From Nitrospirales bacterium (lineage in GTDB: Bacteria; Nitrospirota; Nitrospiria; Nitrospirales; UBA8639): DNA of 64,000 nucleotides. This document shows, piece by piece, positions 10,065-19,713 of the stretch (its first letter is position 1; each line of letters starts with the position of its first letter). The notes under the pieces were generated by a model. It was not told the origin of the DNA. It did no database searches and saw only the letters and a list, made by a program, of their open reading frames with translations. Position numbers and translations under genes: made by a program. The stretch lies in NCBI GenBank assembly GCA_965223295.1, contig CBDCWC010000002.1, forward strand, positions 480,001-544,000. The letters run 5' to 3'.

Positions 10065-10091
10065 TTATCGGCATCTGAGGAAGATGTTTGC
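10065..10091 (-). promoter_or_regulatory. Candidate sigma28 (FliA) promoter
   Basis: Perfect GCCGATAA -10 (10065-10072) with GCAA 15 nt upstream. Confidence 0.5.
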
Positions 10092-10271
10092 GACGAGTGC
10101 AGAAAAACAAAAAAAATAAATGTATGAGAATCTAATAACAAAGAATGCTATTCAACTTGTTGGGTTTAATATGAGTAACGTTTTTCTGTAAGCATTAGTA
10201 GTTGCTGTCAATGATTCAAGAATTTTTTTGTTGAGATACCTAAACCTATGCAGTAGAAAAAGCGTACTGTC

Positions 10272-11201
10272 GTGATTACAGAATTTGTGGTGTCAACAGG
10301 TGAAAGGGTCAAGCGCCTGGATGTGTTCTTAGCCAGCCATGAGCGGAAGATCTCACGGTCTCGCCTCCAGCGCTTAATTCACACAGGGCGTATTCGAGTC
10401 AATGCGAAAAAAGTGAAGTCCAGTTTGAAGCTTAAACCTGGCGACTGGATTTCAATGGATACACCTGAACCGGGACCGATGATTGTAAACGATGAAGTCG
10501 TTCCACTTGAAATTCTCTTTGAGGATGAGTCTTTAATGGTCGTCAATAAGCCTGCAGAGGTGGTTGCACATCCTACGTCAGGTCATTGGAATGGGACGCT
10601 GTTGAATAGTCTTTTGGAGCATTTTCGTGAGGAAGGAAATATCGAGCCTGGCTTAGTTCATCGCCTCGATAAAGGAACATCTGGTCTCATGGTAGTGGCT
10701 AAAACAGACGTGGCCCATCAAATCCTTTGCGCACAGTTTGAAAAGCATTCCATAACGAGAACCTATGAAGGACTTGTGTATGGAAGCCCGCCAGAGCACC
10801 ATGGAGTCATCGAATTAGCGATTGGCCGTGATCCCAGTTATGGCAGGACGGTCTCTAGCAACTCCATGAAGCCAAAATTGGCTGTGACCGCTTTTAGGGT
10901 TCTCCAACGATTTGGAGAGGTCGCTTCTCATCTTGAACTGACTCCACGAACGGGCCGCAAACATCAGCTTCGAGTACATTTGGCATCAATCGGCTGCCCC
11001 ATCATTGGAGACGAGATCTATGGTCGTCAAGATTCCTCTCCCTTGAAGGAGTTATCCGCCTCCCGGATGTTTCTGCATGCACGAACCTTAGGTTTTCGTC
11101 ATCCTATATCTAGCAATTGGATGGAATTTCTCCTAGAAATTCCTACTGAGATGGGTAGGGTAATAAAGACATTGAAAGTACAGGCTCAAGGAGAAGTCTG
11201 A
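10272..11201 (+). CDS. RluA/RluD-family pseudouridine synthase
   Basis: S4 domain, VHRLDKGTSG, TGRKHQLRVH. Confidence 0.92.
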   Translation: MITEFVVSTGERVKRLDVFLASHERKISRSRLQRLIHTGRIRVNAKKVKSSLKLKPGDWISMDTPEPGPMIVNDEVVPLEILFEDESLMVVNKPAEVVAHPTSGHWNGTLLNSLLEHFREEGNIEPGLVHRLDKGTSGLMVVAKTDVAHQILCAQFEKHSITRTYEGLVYGSPPEHHGVIELAIGRDPSYGRTVSSNSMKPKLAVTAFRVLQRFGEVASHLELTPRTGRKHQLRVHLASIGCPIIGDEIYGRQDSSPLKELSASRMFLHARTLGFRHPISSNWMEFLLEIPTEMGRVIKTLKVQAQGEV

Positions 11202-11338
11202 CGTTTTTAGCGCTCAGGAGGTGGCTTAGTCTGAGTTTTTATAGGAGAACCTGGAGAGGTGAGTCCTCTTCTACCTGTTGAATTTTTTTGTTATGTATGA
11301 ATCGCTTCCGTAGGTGATCTGCCAAGTGACTGTTAAAT

Positions 11339-11803
11339 ATGTTGGATGTTGTTCTTTTTGAGCCAGAAATTCCACCAAATACGGGAAATATTATTCGGCT
11401 CTGTGCGAACACGGGTTTTGGTCTCCATCTCATTCATCCTTTGGGTTTTGAACTAGATGACAAGCGAGCGCGTCGTGCTGGATTGGACTATCATGAGTTG
11501 GCGCGGATGAACGATTATCCCACGCTGCAAGACTATCTAAATGCTCACAAGCCTTCCCGTGTGTTTGCGATCACGACGAAAGGGAAAAAACTCTATCATG
11601 ATGTGGCCTTTCAACCAGGTGATGCCTTGCTTTTTGGTCCAGAAACAAGGGGGTTGCCTGCCGATATCTTAGATGCTTTTCCTCCAACCCATACTCTACG
11701 AATTCCTATGCAAGCGGGGAGTCGCAGTCTGAACTTAAGTAATGCAGTAGCTGTTGTGGTATACGAAGCCTGGCGGCAAAATCAGTTTTCTGGGTTACAT
11801 TGA
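11339..11803 (+). CDS. trmL: tRNA (cytidine/uridine-34-2'-O)-methyltransferase
   Basis: [36 protein letters not shown]. Confidence 0.95.
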   Translation: MLDVVLFEPEIPPNTGNIIRLCANTGFGLHLIHPLGFELDDKRARRAGLDYHELARMNDYPTLQDYLNAHKPSRVFAITTKGKKLYHDVAFQPGDALLFGPETRGLPADILDAFPPTHTLRIPMQAGSRSLNLSNAVAVVVYEAWRQNQFSGLH

Positions 11804-11893
11804 ATTCCCAGAAAGACTTTAAGAGCGTTTTGCCAAGATTTCGCCTTCTTCCCTTGAACTATAAAGATGCATTGGTTTTACTGAGAGTCTTGT

Positions 11894-13036
11894 TCATATT
11901 TCCGAGAACCCCAATCCGGTAAGATATTGTCGAAGTCCTTTCATACTTGGGGGTATGCTCACATGAGTTCTGTGAAATTCCCGACGAACGAGGTAGTGTT
12001 TGCGAAGCTTGTCAAAAAATGTAGGTCTTTCTTCCAAGGGAATGTTGAGAAGATTTTTCATGTGCTGATGGTCAGCTTCAATGTCATAGATTTTTGAGAC
12101 TGTCTCCTGTATTTGTACTTGGGGTGAACATTCCTTATGGTCTATCTGAATGAATGGCACAGTTGGTTCCGGTAGTGATTGTATCGGGTTCCACAAGGGT
12201 TTCCTGTTGAGATGCTTGCATAGAGCCGAATAAATCATGAAGGTGCCATTGGCTTTGCCATCCAGTGAGTGTCCTGCGATATGGGGAGTCCCTAGGGTAG
12301 CGGCTTGAAAGAGGTCCCAATTGATATCGGGTTCAGCTTCCCACACATCTAAAACCGTTGAGCCTATTCGGTTGTGCTGGATTGCTGTGAGCAAGGCATG
12401 GGTGTCCACGACTTCGCCTCGCGAAGCGTTAATGAAAATGCCGGTCGGTTTTATGTATTCAAAAGTTTTTTGATTCAGGAGATGGTAGGTAGGGTAAGGT
12501 CCTTCGGAAGTGAGGGGCGTATGTAACGTGACGACATCACACCCTAATGCTTCTTCTAGAGACTGGTGATCGATCTGCTTTTGTTCAGCTAGAGGCGGAT
12601 CATGAAGGACGGGGCGCATGCCTAGAGCCTCGGTCTTTTGCTTGACCAATTTTCCAATGTTGCCGACTCCGACAATTCCTATAGTTTTTTGGGTTAGCGA
12701 GAAGCTTCCTTGTGTGGCAAGGTAGAGCAGTGCTGCGATCACATATTCTGCGACTGAATTGGCATTTGACCCTGCCGCCGAAGCAAAAGGAATGTTGCGG
12801 GATTTCAGGTAGCTTGTATCTAAGTGATCTATGCCTGCAGAGGCCGAACCAACAAACTCCACTGGACTGTCTTGTAATAAATGTTGGTCTACTCTAGTGA
12901 TGGAGCGTATCAACAGAATGTTGGCGTCTACCAAATCTGAGGAGGTAATGGCTCGACCAGGAAGAATGTTTAAATTTCCCAGGCTGCCAAAGGCCTCTTT
13001 CAGATAGGGAATATTTTCTCCAGCGACGATGTTCAT
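11894..13036 (-). CDS. pdxB: Erythronate-4-phosphate dehydrogenase
   Basis: IRSITRV, GSNANSVAEY, GVGNIG, LHTPL, TPHIAGHS, LRKHY..RREF. Confidence 0.9.
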   Translation of the reverse strand: MNIVAGENIPYLKEAFGSLGNLNILPGRAITSSDLVDANILLIRSITRVDQHLLQDSPVEFVGSASAGIDHLDTSYLKSRNIPFASAAGSNANSVAEYVIAALLYLATQGSFSLTQKTIGIVGVGNIGKLVKQKTEALGMRPVLHDPPLAEQKQIDHQSLEEALGCDVVTLHTPLTSEGPYPTYHLLNQKTFEYIKPTGIFINASRGEVVDTHALLTAIQHNRIGSTVLDVWEAEPDINWDLFQAATLGTPHIAGHSLDGKANGTFMIYSALCKHLNRKPLWNPIQSLPEPTVPFIQIDHKECSPQVQIQETVSKIYDIEADHQHMKNLLNIPLEERPTFFDKLRKHYLVRREFHRTHVSIPPSMKGLRQYLTGLGFSEI

Positions 13037-13300
13037 ATGACAAGATTCCGTGTTTGTGGTTGTAGAAAATTCAAAATGCTGTGTGTCGTTATAGTATCAT
13101 GCCGCATCCCATTCGTCTTTCTGTAGATAGGTATCTGCACATCTCCACTGGTTGTGTCGAATTGCATTCTCCTGATGGTTTTGATATTTCTCATGCAGCC
13201 ATTGAGCAAAAAATAGGTAAGTTGTCACACATGAGGCTGTTGAATAATTCAATTTCAAGTTATGAAAAGGCCATCAGAGCCATGGCGGCTTCAATGCGAT

Positions 13301-13422
13301 GGGAATGGTCAAAAAAGTCCGTCCAGCAAGGCCGCAGCCATTTTGGCGTGCGGAGCGTACTGGTATTACGTGAGCACGGAAAAAGGGCAAGAACGCCGCT
13401 GGCGGCTTTTTTCAACATTCCC
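13301..13422. repeat. MITE/REP-like element, copy B
   Basis: Inverted termini gggaatggtcaaaaaag / cttttttcaacattccc; same terminal motifs as copies A and C. Confidence 0.8.
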
Positions 13423-13450
13423 CACATGAATATTGAAGAGAGGATGTTAG

Positions 13451-14338
13451 GTGAGCAAACGAAATAAGCGACAACAATTAGGTCGGTCCGAGCCATCAAA
13501 AAATTCTGCAGAGCAGCCTGCCTCGCAAAAGCCACAAGTGGCGTTTGTACTCACGATGACGCTGTTTGCGCTTGCAGTCGCTGGAATTTTGCTAACGTCC
13601 TATCTCACGTATGTTGCATGGTTTGAAGATCACCCGGCCTTTTGCGCTGAAGGCTCTGGCTGTGATCTTGTGCAAGCCAGTCGATGGTCGATGTTGATGG
13701 GACTGCCCATGGCGTTTTGGGGATGGTTGACCTATGTGACTCTGGCCTATGGTATCTGGCGAACACAATTAAAACCCACTAGTTGGACTTTCGTGCTTTT
13801 TGTCTCGGTATGTGGCTTTGCTGTTAGTGCCTACCTCACTGTTATCTCAGTGGTTGAGATTGAGGCGACCTGCCCATATTGTTTGGCCTCGTTTGCGATC
13901 ATAACAACGATTATGATTCTTACGTTGATTCAACAACCTTCTGAATGGTCGACTTCCCTAAAAGAGGCGCTGATTATCGCAGCCGTGATTGTTGGAGGTT
14001 TGCATTTACATTATAGCGGTGTATTTGATGCGGCTGCTGGTCCGGAAGATCCACAGCTTCAGGCTCTGGCGATACATCTGGTGGAGAAAGGGGTAAAATT
14101 TTATGGAGCCTATTGGTGTCCGCGTTGCCAGGAACAAAAAGCTGTTTTTGAGGCCTCAGCCCAGCGCTTACCTTATGTTGAATGTAGTTCCGGCGGTCGA
14201 GGGAGTGCACTTACCAAAGCCTGCGCTGCCGCGAAAATTAAGAGTTATCCCACCTGGATTATTGGAGAACGTCGTCTGACAGGCCTGCAAACCCCTCGCT
14301 CGTTAGCGGCTGCCACTGGGTTTGCCTGGAAAGAGTAG
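13451..14338 (+). CDS. Vitamin K epoxide reductase (VKOR)-thioredoxin fusion
   Basis: CAEGSGC loop, CPYC in the TM domain, C-terminal FYGAYWCPRC and YPTW. Confidence 0.92.
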   Translation: MSKRNKRQQLGRSEPSKNSAEQPASQKPQVAFVLTMTLFALAVAGILLTSYLTYVAWFEDHPAFCAEGSGCDLVQASRWSMLMGLPMAFWGWLTYVTLAYGIWRTQLKPTSWTFVLFVSVCGFAVSAYLTVISVVEIEATCPYCLASFAIITTIMILTLIQQPSEWSTSLKEALIIAAVIVGGLHLHYSGVFDAAAGPEDPQLQALAIHLVEKGVKFYGAYWCPRCQEQKAVFEASAQRLPYVECSSGGRGSALTKACAAAKIKSYPTWIIGERRLTGLQTPRSLAAATGFAWKE

Positions 14339-14660
14339 AACGCTTTGTTGCTAAAAAACTCTCCAGCTCTTGTAGGAATTCTCTAGCGTTTTGTTTCTTA
14401 TCCCTTCTCTGGTCTAGTCATTTTATTCTTTCTCTTCACAACTCATGTTCTCACATCTGTGTAATAATTTTTAGAAAAATTTGACTGCTCAACAGAGAGC
14501 AATGATCACAAGCTCTTCATTCTAATCCTTGAAGTTGATTGCGTCGAGAGCTTAGCTATTTGTAGACATTTAGAGTCTATCTTTTATGAAAGGGAGTGTT
14601 GAATAATGAAGATATTAAAGGGCATATTTCGCCAGGGACTCGTTGATGATGAGTGGACTC

Positions 14661-14789
14661 GGGTCGGTTCAAAAAAGTCCGCTCGTCTGCACGAAGCCGT
14701 TTCGGAGAAGTCAGGGAATGCCGTTCCCGGCCTTCGTAGCCCATCGAATTACTCCGGCGGAGTAGGCGGCAGCTTTTTTCAACAGACCT
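14661..14789. repeat. MITE/REP-like element, copy C
   Basis: Termini gggtcggttcaaaaaag / cttttttcaacagacct. Interior tcgtctgcacgaagccg and gccttcgtagcc are shared with the reverse complement of copy A. Confidence 0.8.
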
Positions 14790-14883
14790 TGAAATACATG
14801 AACGTGGTCCTATTTACTCGTCGTACTGACTCTTGATGAATTGATTCGACTTTTGATATCTAACCTTACTTGGTGAGATTCAT

Positions 14884-15447
14884 ATGAGAAGAATTGTTCA
14901 TACTTCATTTTTTTTCTATCTCATAATGCTTTTCCCACAGGTAGGCTGGACAGAAGAATTTGAATGGACTTCAATTGGTATTCGTGGTGCGGTGAACTAT
15001 AAAGACGCGGGTTTACCACCAGGAGAAAAAGTCGATTTTGAACAATTTGACGTGGTAGGAACTCTTGGGTTCCCTGGTTCTTGGGCCGTTGGCTGGGGGT
15101 GGGACGCCCGGTATCAACTCCATACCACTGCTGGGGCGTTGAGAGGCGACGGAGACACAGGGTTTATAAGTACGGTCACCGGAGGCATCGCTATGAACAA
15201 AAGCCATTGGAGAACCACGCTAGATTTTGGTGTTGGAGGGGCGTTGCTCAGCAAATGGAAATTCCCTGGGCAAAATGTGGGAGGTCCTTTTCAATTTATT
15301 GCCCATGGAGGTATTCTTTTTCATCTGCCCTGGAATCTTTTTGCTGGGTATCGATTTCATCATATGTCCGATGGCATGATCTATGGAGATAATCGGGGAG
15401 TAGACTTGCACATGCTTGAAGTGCGCTACCGTATAGGCGTTCCTTAA
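14884..15447 (+). CDS. PagL-like acyloxyacyl hydrolase (outer-membrane beta-barrel)
   Basis: Signal peptide; GGPFQF and YRFHHMSD..NRGVD catalytic motif. Confidence 0.8.
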   Translation: MRRIVHTSFFFYLIMLFPQVGWTEEFEWTSIGIRGAVNYKDAGLPPGEKVDFEQFDVVGTLGFPGSWAVGWGWDARYQLHTTAGALRGDGDTGFISTVTGGIAMNKSHWRTTLDFGVGGALLSKWKFPGQNVGGPFQFIAHGGILFHLPWNLFAGYRFHHMSDGMIYGDNRGVDLHMLEVRYRIGVP

Positions 15448-15535
15448 CCTACCTGTAATACGTTTGAGGCAGCTCAGCCGCAGTTTCTAGCACGACCGAA
15501 CTGCCTTAAACAAGTTCACATAAACGAATTGCTCG

Positions 15536-17515
15536 TTAAGGCTGTTTTATCGATAGACCATCCATTCTTTCGGCTCCGTAGCTGTAGAGGGAGCCATCCC
15601 AATTTAGATCAAACGTGCAACTGGTATTGGTGCCCAGGGAGCTTGGCGTGCAGCGCAGTACATCTGCGCTATCACCAGAAGTACTGTTGACACTAAATAT
15701 CCCACGGGTCGTCAGATAGATTTCGCCACTATCTGCGATCCAAACTCCAAAGATATCTTCGTCATTTGATTGGTTCAGACCAACATCTGACCCATCAAAG
15801 TAGAGAGCCCAGGAACCGCTCGTTGTTGTACCAAGTGAAGTAGGTGTGAAGACTAAGAGATCTTCATCCCGCCAACGAGTTCCGATCACGTTAACATTCC
15901 CAGCTGTGCTTAGCACAATACGTCCATCAGCGAGGACATGTAATGAGTCAATCTTTTCACCGTTAGTTGCCAGGCCGACGTCAGAGCCGTCAAAATATAA
16001 TTCAAAGATCCCGCTCGTGGTTGTTCCGAGACTCGAGGGAATAAAGCGGACAATGTCGGAGTTGTCGACAGTGCCTACATTGGGAATCGTGGTATCTCCA
16101 ATGAAGGACAATAGTAGCGTTCCATCATCCAACACGTGAAAGGCGTTGATATCACGGGCTCCAGCACCAGAAAGACCCACATCGGAGCCGTCAAAGTATA
16201 GGCTCCACGTATTGGTCGTTCGATTAAAGGCCAGGATGTCCTCATCAGCGAAGGAAACGCCACCTACTGAACCGCCGGATGTAGAACTCAGATAGAGGAT
16301 AGTTTCAGCTGATGGTGTGTCAGTTACTGTCCAGGTGAAATCAGTACTCGCATTGCTAACTTGTCCATCATCCACGGTAACCGTCACGTTGTATTGTCCT
16401 ACAGTATCCAGCGTCCCTGTTATCGTCCCACTTGCGCTATTTATAGCTAGGTCTGAGGGTAAACCTGAGGCACTGTAAGTTAATTGATCGCCGTCGGGAT
16501 CGCTGGCATTAATGGCTAGATTAATCACGTCACCAAGAAGATGATCTTGGTTGCCAGGGTTAGAAATAGTTGGCGGATTATTCCCACCTGGTCCACTAGG
16601 TAAATTTACTGTCAGGCGGATACCTGTGGAATGCCATAATTCTCCCCCTTCAGAAGCTAAATGAGGTAAATAGCTTCGATACCAGAGTATATTGTCTTGA
16701 CCATTGATATTTTCCCCATTGTTTCCTAGCACACTGGTAATTGCGCCGTCAGTCCAGCCACCTGCTTCACTGCTGTGATATAGTCGTCCGTAGACCTGAC
16801 TATTAGCATACTCGGTTTCGGGGATTACCGTCCCTGGGACATTCCAGGTATTGGTATCGAACGCGACATCAACTGTCATTCCATTGACCGTATCTCTCAC
16901 TTGCCATTGATGATTATTCGCTTCGGTTGCAGCTGCATCGAATTCATTGGAATAGATCTCCCAAGCGGTACCGGTATGTCGTCTGATTTGATCAGACGCT
17001 GCTCCAGCCAGATCGAAGTCCAGCCGCCAAAACGGATAATGGAGGTGGTCTGTTTGGCACTGTAAGCCTTTGGCAAAGATATGGGCGTCAATTTGACCAC
17101 TCCCGCTCAAATACCAGACTTGATATAAGATATAGGCCCCAATTTGATCCTGAAACCCTATTTCTCGCCAAGTTTCACCATTTTGGGTAAATGTCCGATT
17201 CACCACTGAACTATTTCCTGCCCATGATACAGGCAGCCCCGACCCTCCGAGACGATCTGCGTAAGGGCCACAAGCATTATTTTCATAAAATACTGTCATG
17301 ACTGGCATGCTGGCTCGTTCCAACACCTTCACGCCTTGGTAGCTGACGTTACTCAGTGACATGCCATCAAAACGACTTGAGACCTCATAGTCTAAGGTCC
17401 ATCCCTCCCAATTAACACTCCCAGCACTTTGTGCTTGAACGATTATAGGAGTCCATAGCATCAATGCCGATGCCACAATCAAGTATGTGAACATGAATAT
17501 TTTTTTTGCCTTCAT
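15536..17515 (-). CDS. Secreted copper amine oxidase-like catalytic domain + Ig (He_PIG) + C-terminal YFDGSDVGL-repeat module
   Basis: Signal peptide. CuAO-like motifs in canonical order: VNWEGW, GMSLSNVSY, ASMPVMTVFY...PYAD, IGAYILYQVW, HLHYPFWRLDFDL, LYHSSE, ENINGQDNILWY...PH. PPTISNPG Ig domain. Confidence 0.7.
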   Translation of the reverse strand: MKAKKIFMFTYLIVASALMLWTPIIVQAQSAGSVNWEGWTLDYEVSSRFDGMSLSNVSYQGVKVLERASMPVMTVFYENNACGPYADRLGGSGLPVSWAGNSSVVNRTFTQNGETWREIGFQDQIGAYILYQVWYLSGSGQIDAHIFAKGLQCQTDHLHYPFWRLDFDLAGAASDQIRRHTGTAWEIYSNEFDAAATEANNHQWQVRDTVNGMTVDVAFDTNTWNVPGTVIPETEYANSQVYGRLYHSSEAGGWTDGAITSVLGNNGENINGQDNILWYRSYLPHLASEGGELWHSTGIRLTVNLPSGPGGNNPPTISNPGNQDHLLGDVINLAINASDPDGDQLTYSASGLPSDLAINSASGTITGTLDTVGQYNVTVTVDDGQVSNASTDFTWTVTDTPSAETILYLSSTSGGSVGGVSFADEDILAFNRTTNTWSLYFDGSDVGLSGAGARDINAFHVLDDGTLLLSFIGDTTIPNVGTVDNSDIVRFIPSSLGTTTSGIFELYFDGSDVGLATNGEKIDSLHVLADGRIVLSTAGNVNVIGTRWRDEDLLVFTPTSLGTTTSGSWALYFDGSDVGLNQSNDEDIFGVWIADSGEIYLTTRGIFSVNSTSGDSADVLRCTPSSLGTNTSCTFDLNWDGSLYSYGAERMDGLSIKQP

Positions 17516-17519
17516 TTGA

Positions 17520-18443
17520 TTAATCCTCCCGACTTTCTACGACGACTTGATCGGTCAGATCAACCCAGGCGACGTATTCCGGTCCCACATCAACATTATG
17601 GTGAAAGGAGACATATCCTATTCGATGGTCGAAAAATGCTGAATTTCCGTCTGTTGGCAATGCTAAAATCGTGTTGCCTTCTAACTCCGCTACTTGGGTA
17701 TTACCTTCAGCAATCAGCGTACGGCGGGCTATCTGGATGGCCTCAGCCACTTCTGTTTCAGTAAGTGGGGGCTGATATATAACCGGAGGTATTGGATGAA
17801 TGGTGATGACTGAATCTTGGTCTACAAGAACTTCAACGGTCATATTATTTGTGTGGCTGAAAAAGGTATGGCGGACCTGGTGGTTATTTCTTTGTCCTTT
17901 CATTCCAAGTAATTCTTGGCCTACATGTACATAACGATCACCCAAAGCGATTTGGACATCTGGTGACTGCAGCGTTAGTGTGTTTGCATTTTCCTGAGCG
18001 ATAGCCGCACGACCCATTAGTGCAACCGACTGTTCTGTTCTAATATTTTCCATCGATTTTGGTTGTGGCGGAAAGACATTGCCTACAGCTTCAAAGCGTA
18101 CGTTCGGATCTGTGCTTTGATCATGATGATGGATGCGATCGTGACTGTGAGGATCATCGGGCAACACTGTTTCACGGACTCGCAATTCACTTAGGATGTT
18201 TTGCACCTCTTCATGTTGTCGCTGCCACATTTCTTTCTTACACTCATGTATGAGGTCACGGTCACGATGTTGAGTCAATCGGGAATCGGTAGAATGAATG
18301 CTGATTTGAGATAGTTGCTGAAAAAGTGCAGGATTTGTACATTCAGCTTGAACGGTCGTTGTCCACAACCCTAGCACTAGAGGGCCGAGGACTAGTCCGT
18401 TCAGGCTAAACCAATAGCCGCGTCGACGAGTCGCCGTTGTCAT
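17520..18443 (-). CDS. Secreted protein resembling copper amine oxidase N2/N3 domains
   Basis: Signal peptide, His-rich linker, EVLVD, YQPPLTETEVAEAIQI, VAWVDLTDQVVV. AAGGAG RBS before ATG 18443; ends 4 bp before the catalytic-domain gene. Confidence 0.6.
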   Translation of the reverse strand: MTTATRRRGYWFSLNGLVLGPLVLGLWTTTVQAECTNPALFQQLSQISIHSTDSRLTQHRDRDLIHECKKEMWQRQHEEVQNILSELRVRETVLPDDPHSHDRIHHHDQSTDPNVRFEAVGNVFPPQPKSMENIRTEQSVALMGRAAIAQENANTLTLQSPDVQIALGDRYVHVGQELLGMKGQRNNHQVRHTFFSHTNNMTVEVLVDQDSVITIHPIPPVIYQPPLTETEVAEAIQIARRTLIAEGNTQVAELEGNTILALPTDGNSAFFDHRIGYVSFHHNVDVGPEYVAWVDLTDQVVVESRED

Positions 18444-19189
18444 GGGGGACACTCCTTTGTTGGTATAGAGAGATTATAAGGGGGTAAGTGAAGCCATAAA
18501 GTACTACCAATAAAATAGATTCAAGGTCAAATTTAAAAAAAAGGTGAATAATAGCAATACCACAAAAGAAGGCAGGACATCTGTCAACTATGGAAATCTA
18601 AAAAAAAATCCTGGAAGGCCAATAAATTTTTGAATGGTTCTGTTGAAGTCATCGTGTGAATGAAAAGGTTACTGTTGGTCAAAATGTCCTTGGAAATATG
18701 CTTCTGGTTGGGAGACCCTAATTGTTTTTGTTTAAAAGGAGGCGTTGACATATCAGCGCTCTTTTTCTGAGATTAGTTAGATTGTTTCGAGGAAAGAAAT
18801 TCTCTGTGTCATACTCTCATAGACTGCGAACGCTTGAAGCCTGTTGTTTTGAGATTATTCAAGGAAAAAATTTTGGCTCTTTAGGCAGTACGCTAAAATT
18901 TGTTTTGATTTTTTTCATTGGGTATCTCTCCGTGTTTTTCGATTGAAGAGTCAACCTCTACAGTACGTTAATAAATCAAGGAAAAATATTTTGACTGTTT
19001 CTCAAGAGTTCACGGTAGAGATGTGACGTGCGTTTTTTTGTTTAATCCTACTACTTATAAGAAATTGTTCTTTTTTAAAATTTCCTGACATGAACCAAGC
19101 AAGGAATGTGGCAAAGTTGCCGAAAAGGAAGGAGACTTAACGAGATTAGTCATAAATTAGAAATTGGAGAAAATCTGGTGCACTGCAAA

Positions 19190-19654
19190 ATGACAGTCGT
19201 TCGAGTTGTTCTTTTTTGCTTTCTTTTCGTTGGTCTTTTTTCGAGTCCTCTTCTCTTTGCCAGTCCGACTTTTTTGAACCGACAGGCGTATCCTCTCCCG
19301 CTTGGCTTAACGGAAATTGGGAAGTTCCATAAGAATGATCTCAAGACATTTGAAATTTGGACACAATGGAGCAATCCCTCACACGAGAAAATCGTGGTCA
19401 ACGTCACCTTTACATTTTTTGACAAAGATTCTTCCGACTCGCAGTTAGGAGAAGATGGGAAGGATGATATCCTAATGACAGTGACGGAGACACTGATCAT
19501 TCCTGAGCAGACAAGCAACTGGGGAAAATATTCCCAACTCACGGCGATCGGGCACAAACTCAATCAAGGCTTTGATCACCCTGCGGAAGGTGCAGGTTTA
19601 GAATTGTACCTTGAAGCACAAGTCATTTCGGTTAAATATATTTCTCAGGAATGA
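19190..19654 (+). CDS. Hypothetical secreted protein
   Basis: Signal-peptide-like N-terminus. Start uncertain (GTG 19178 or ATG 19190). Confidence 0.55.
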   Translation: MTVVRVVLFCFLFVGLFSSPLLFASPTFLNRQAYPLPLGLTEIGKFHKNDLKTFEIWTQWSNPSHEKIVVNVTFTFFDKDSSDSQLGEDGKDDILMTVTETLIIPEQTSNWGKYSQLTAIGHKLNQGFDHPAEGAGLELYLEAQVISVKYISQE

Positions 19655-19713
19655 CATGCATTTTCTTTTGCCACTTTGCCAACGTGAATAATTTGGTAAC
19701 AGACTGGTTAACA

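Noticed and set aside
18425-18443. Twin-arginine (Tat) signal in MTTATRRRGYW
   Set aside because: It lacks the consensus F-L-K positions and cannot be told apart from a basic Sec n-region without a predictor.
19100-19126. Sigma28- or sigma54-like site before the 19190 gene
   Set aside because: GCCGAAAA is present but the -35 match is weak, and the TGGC...TTGC spacing is too short for sigma54.
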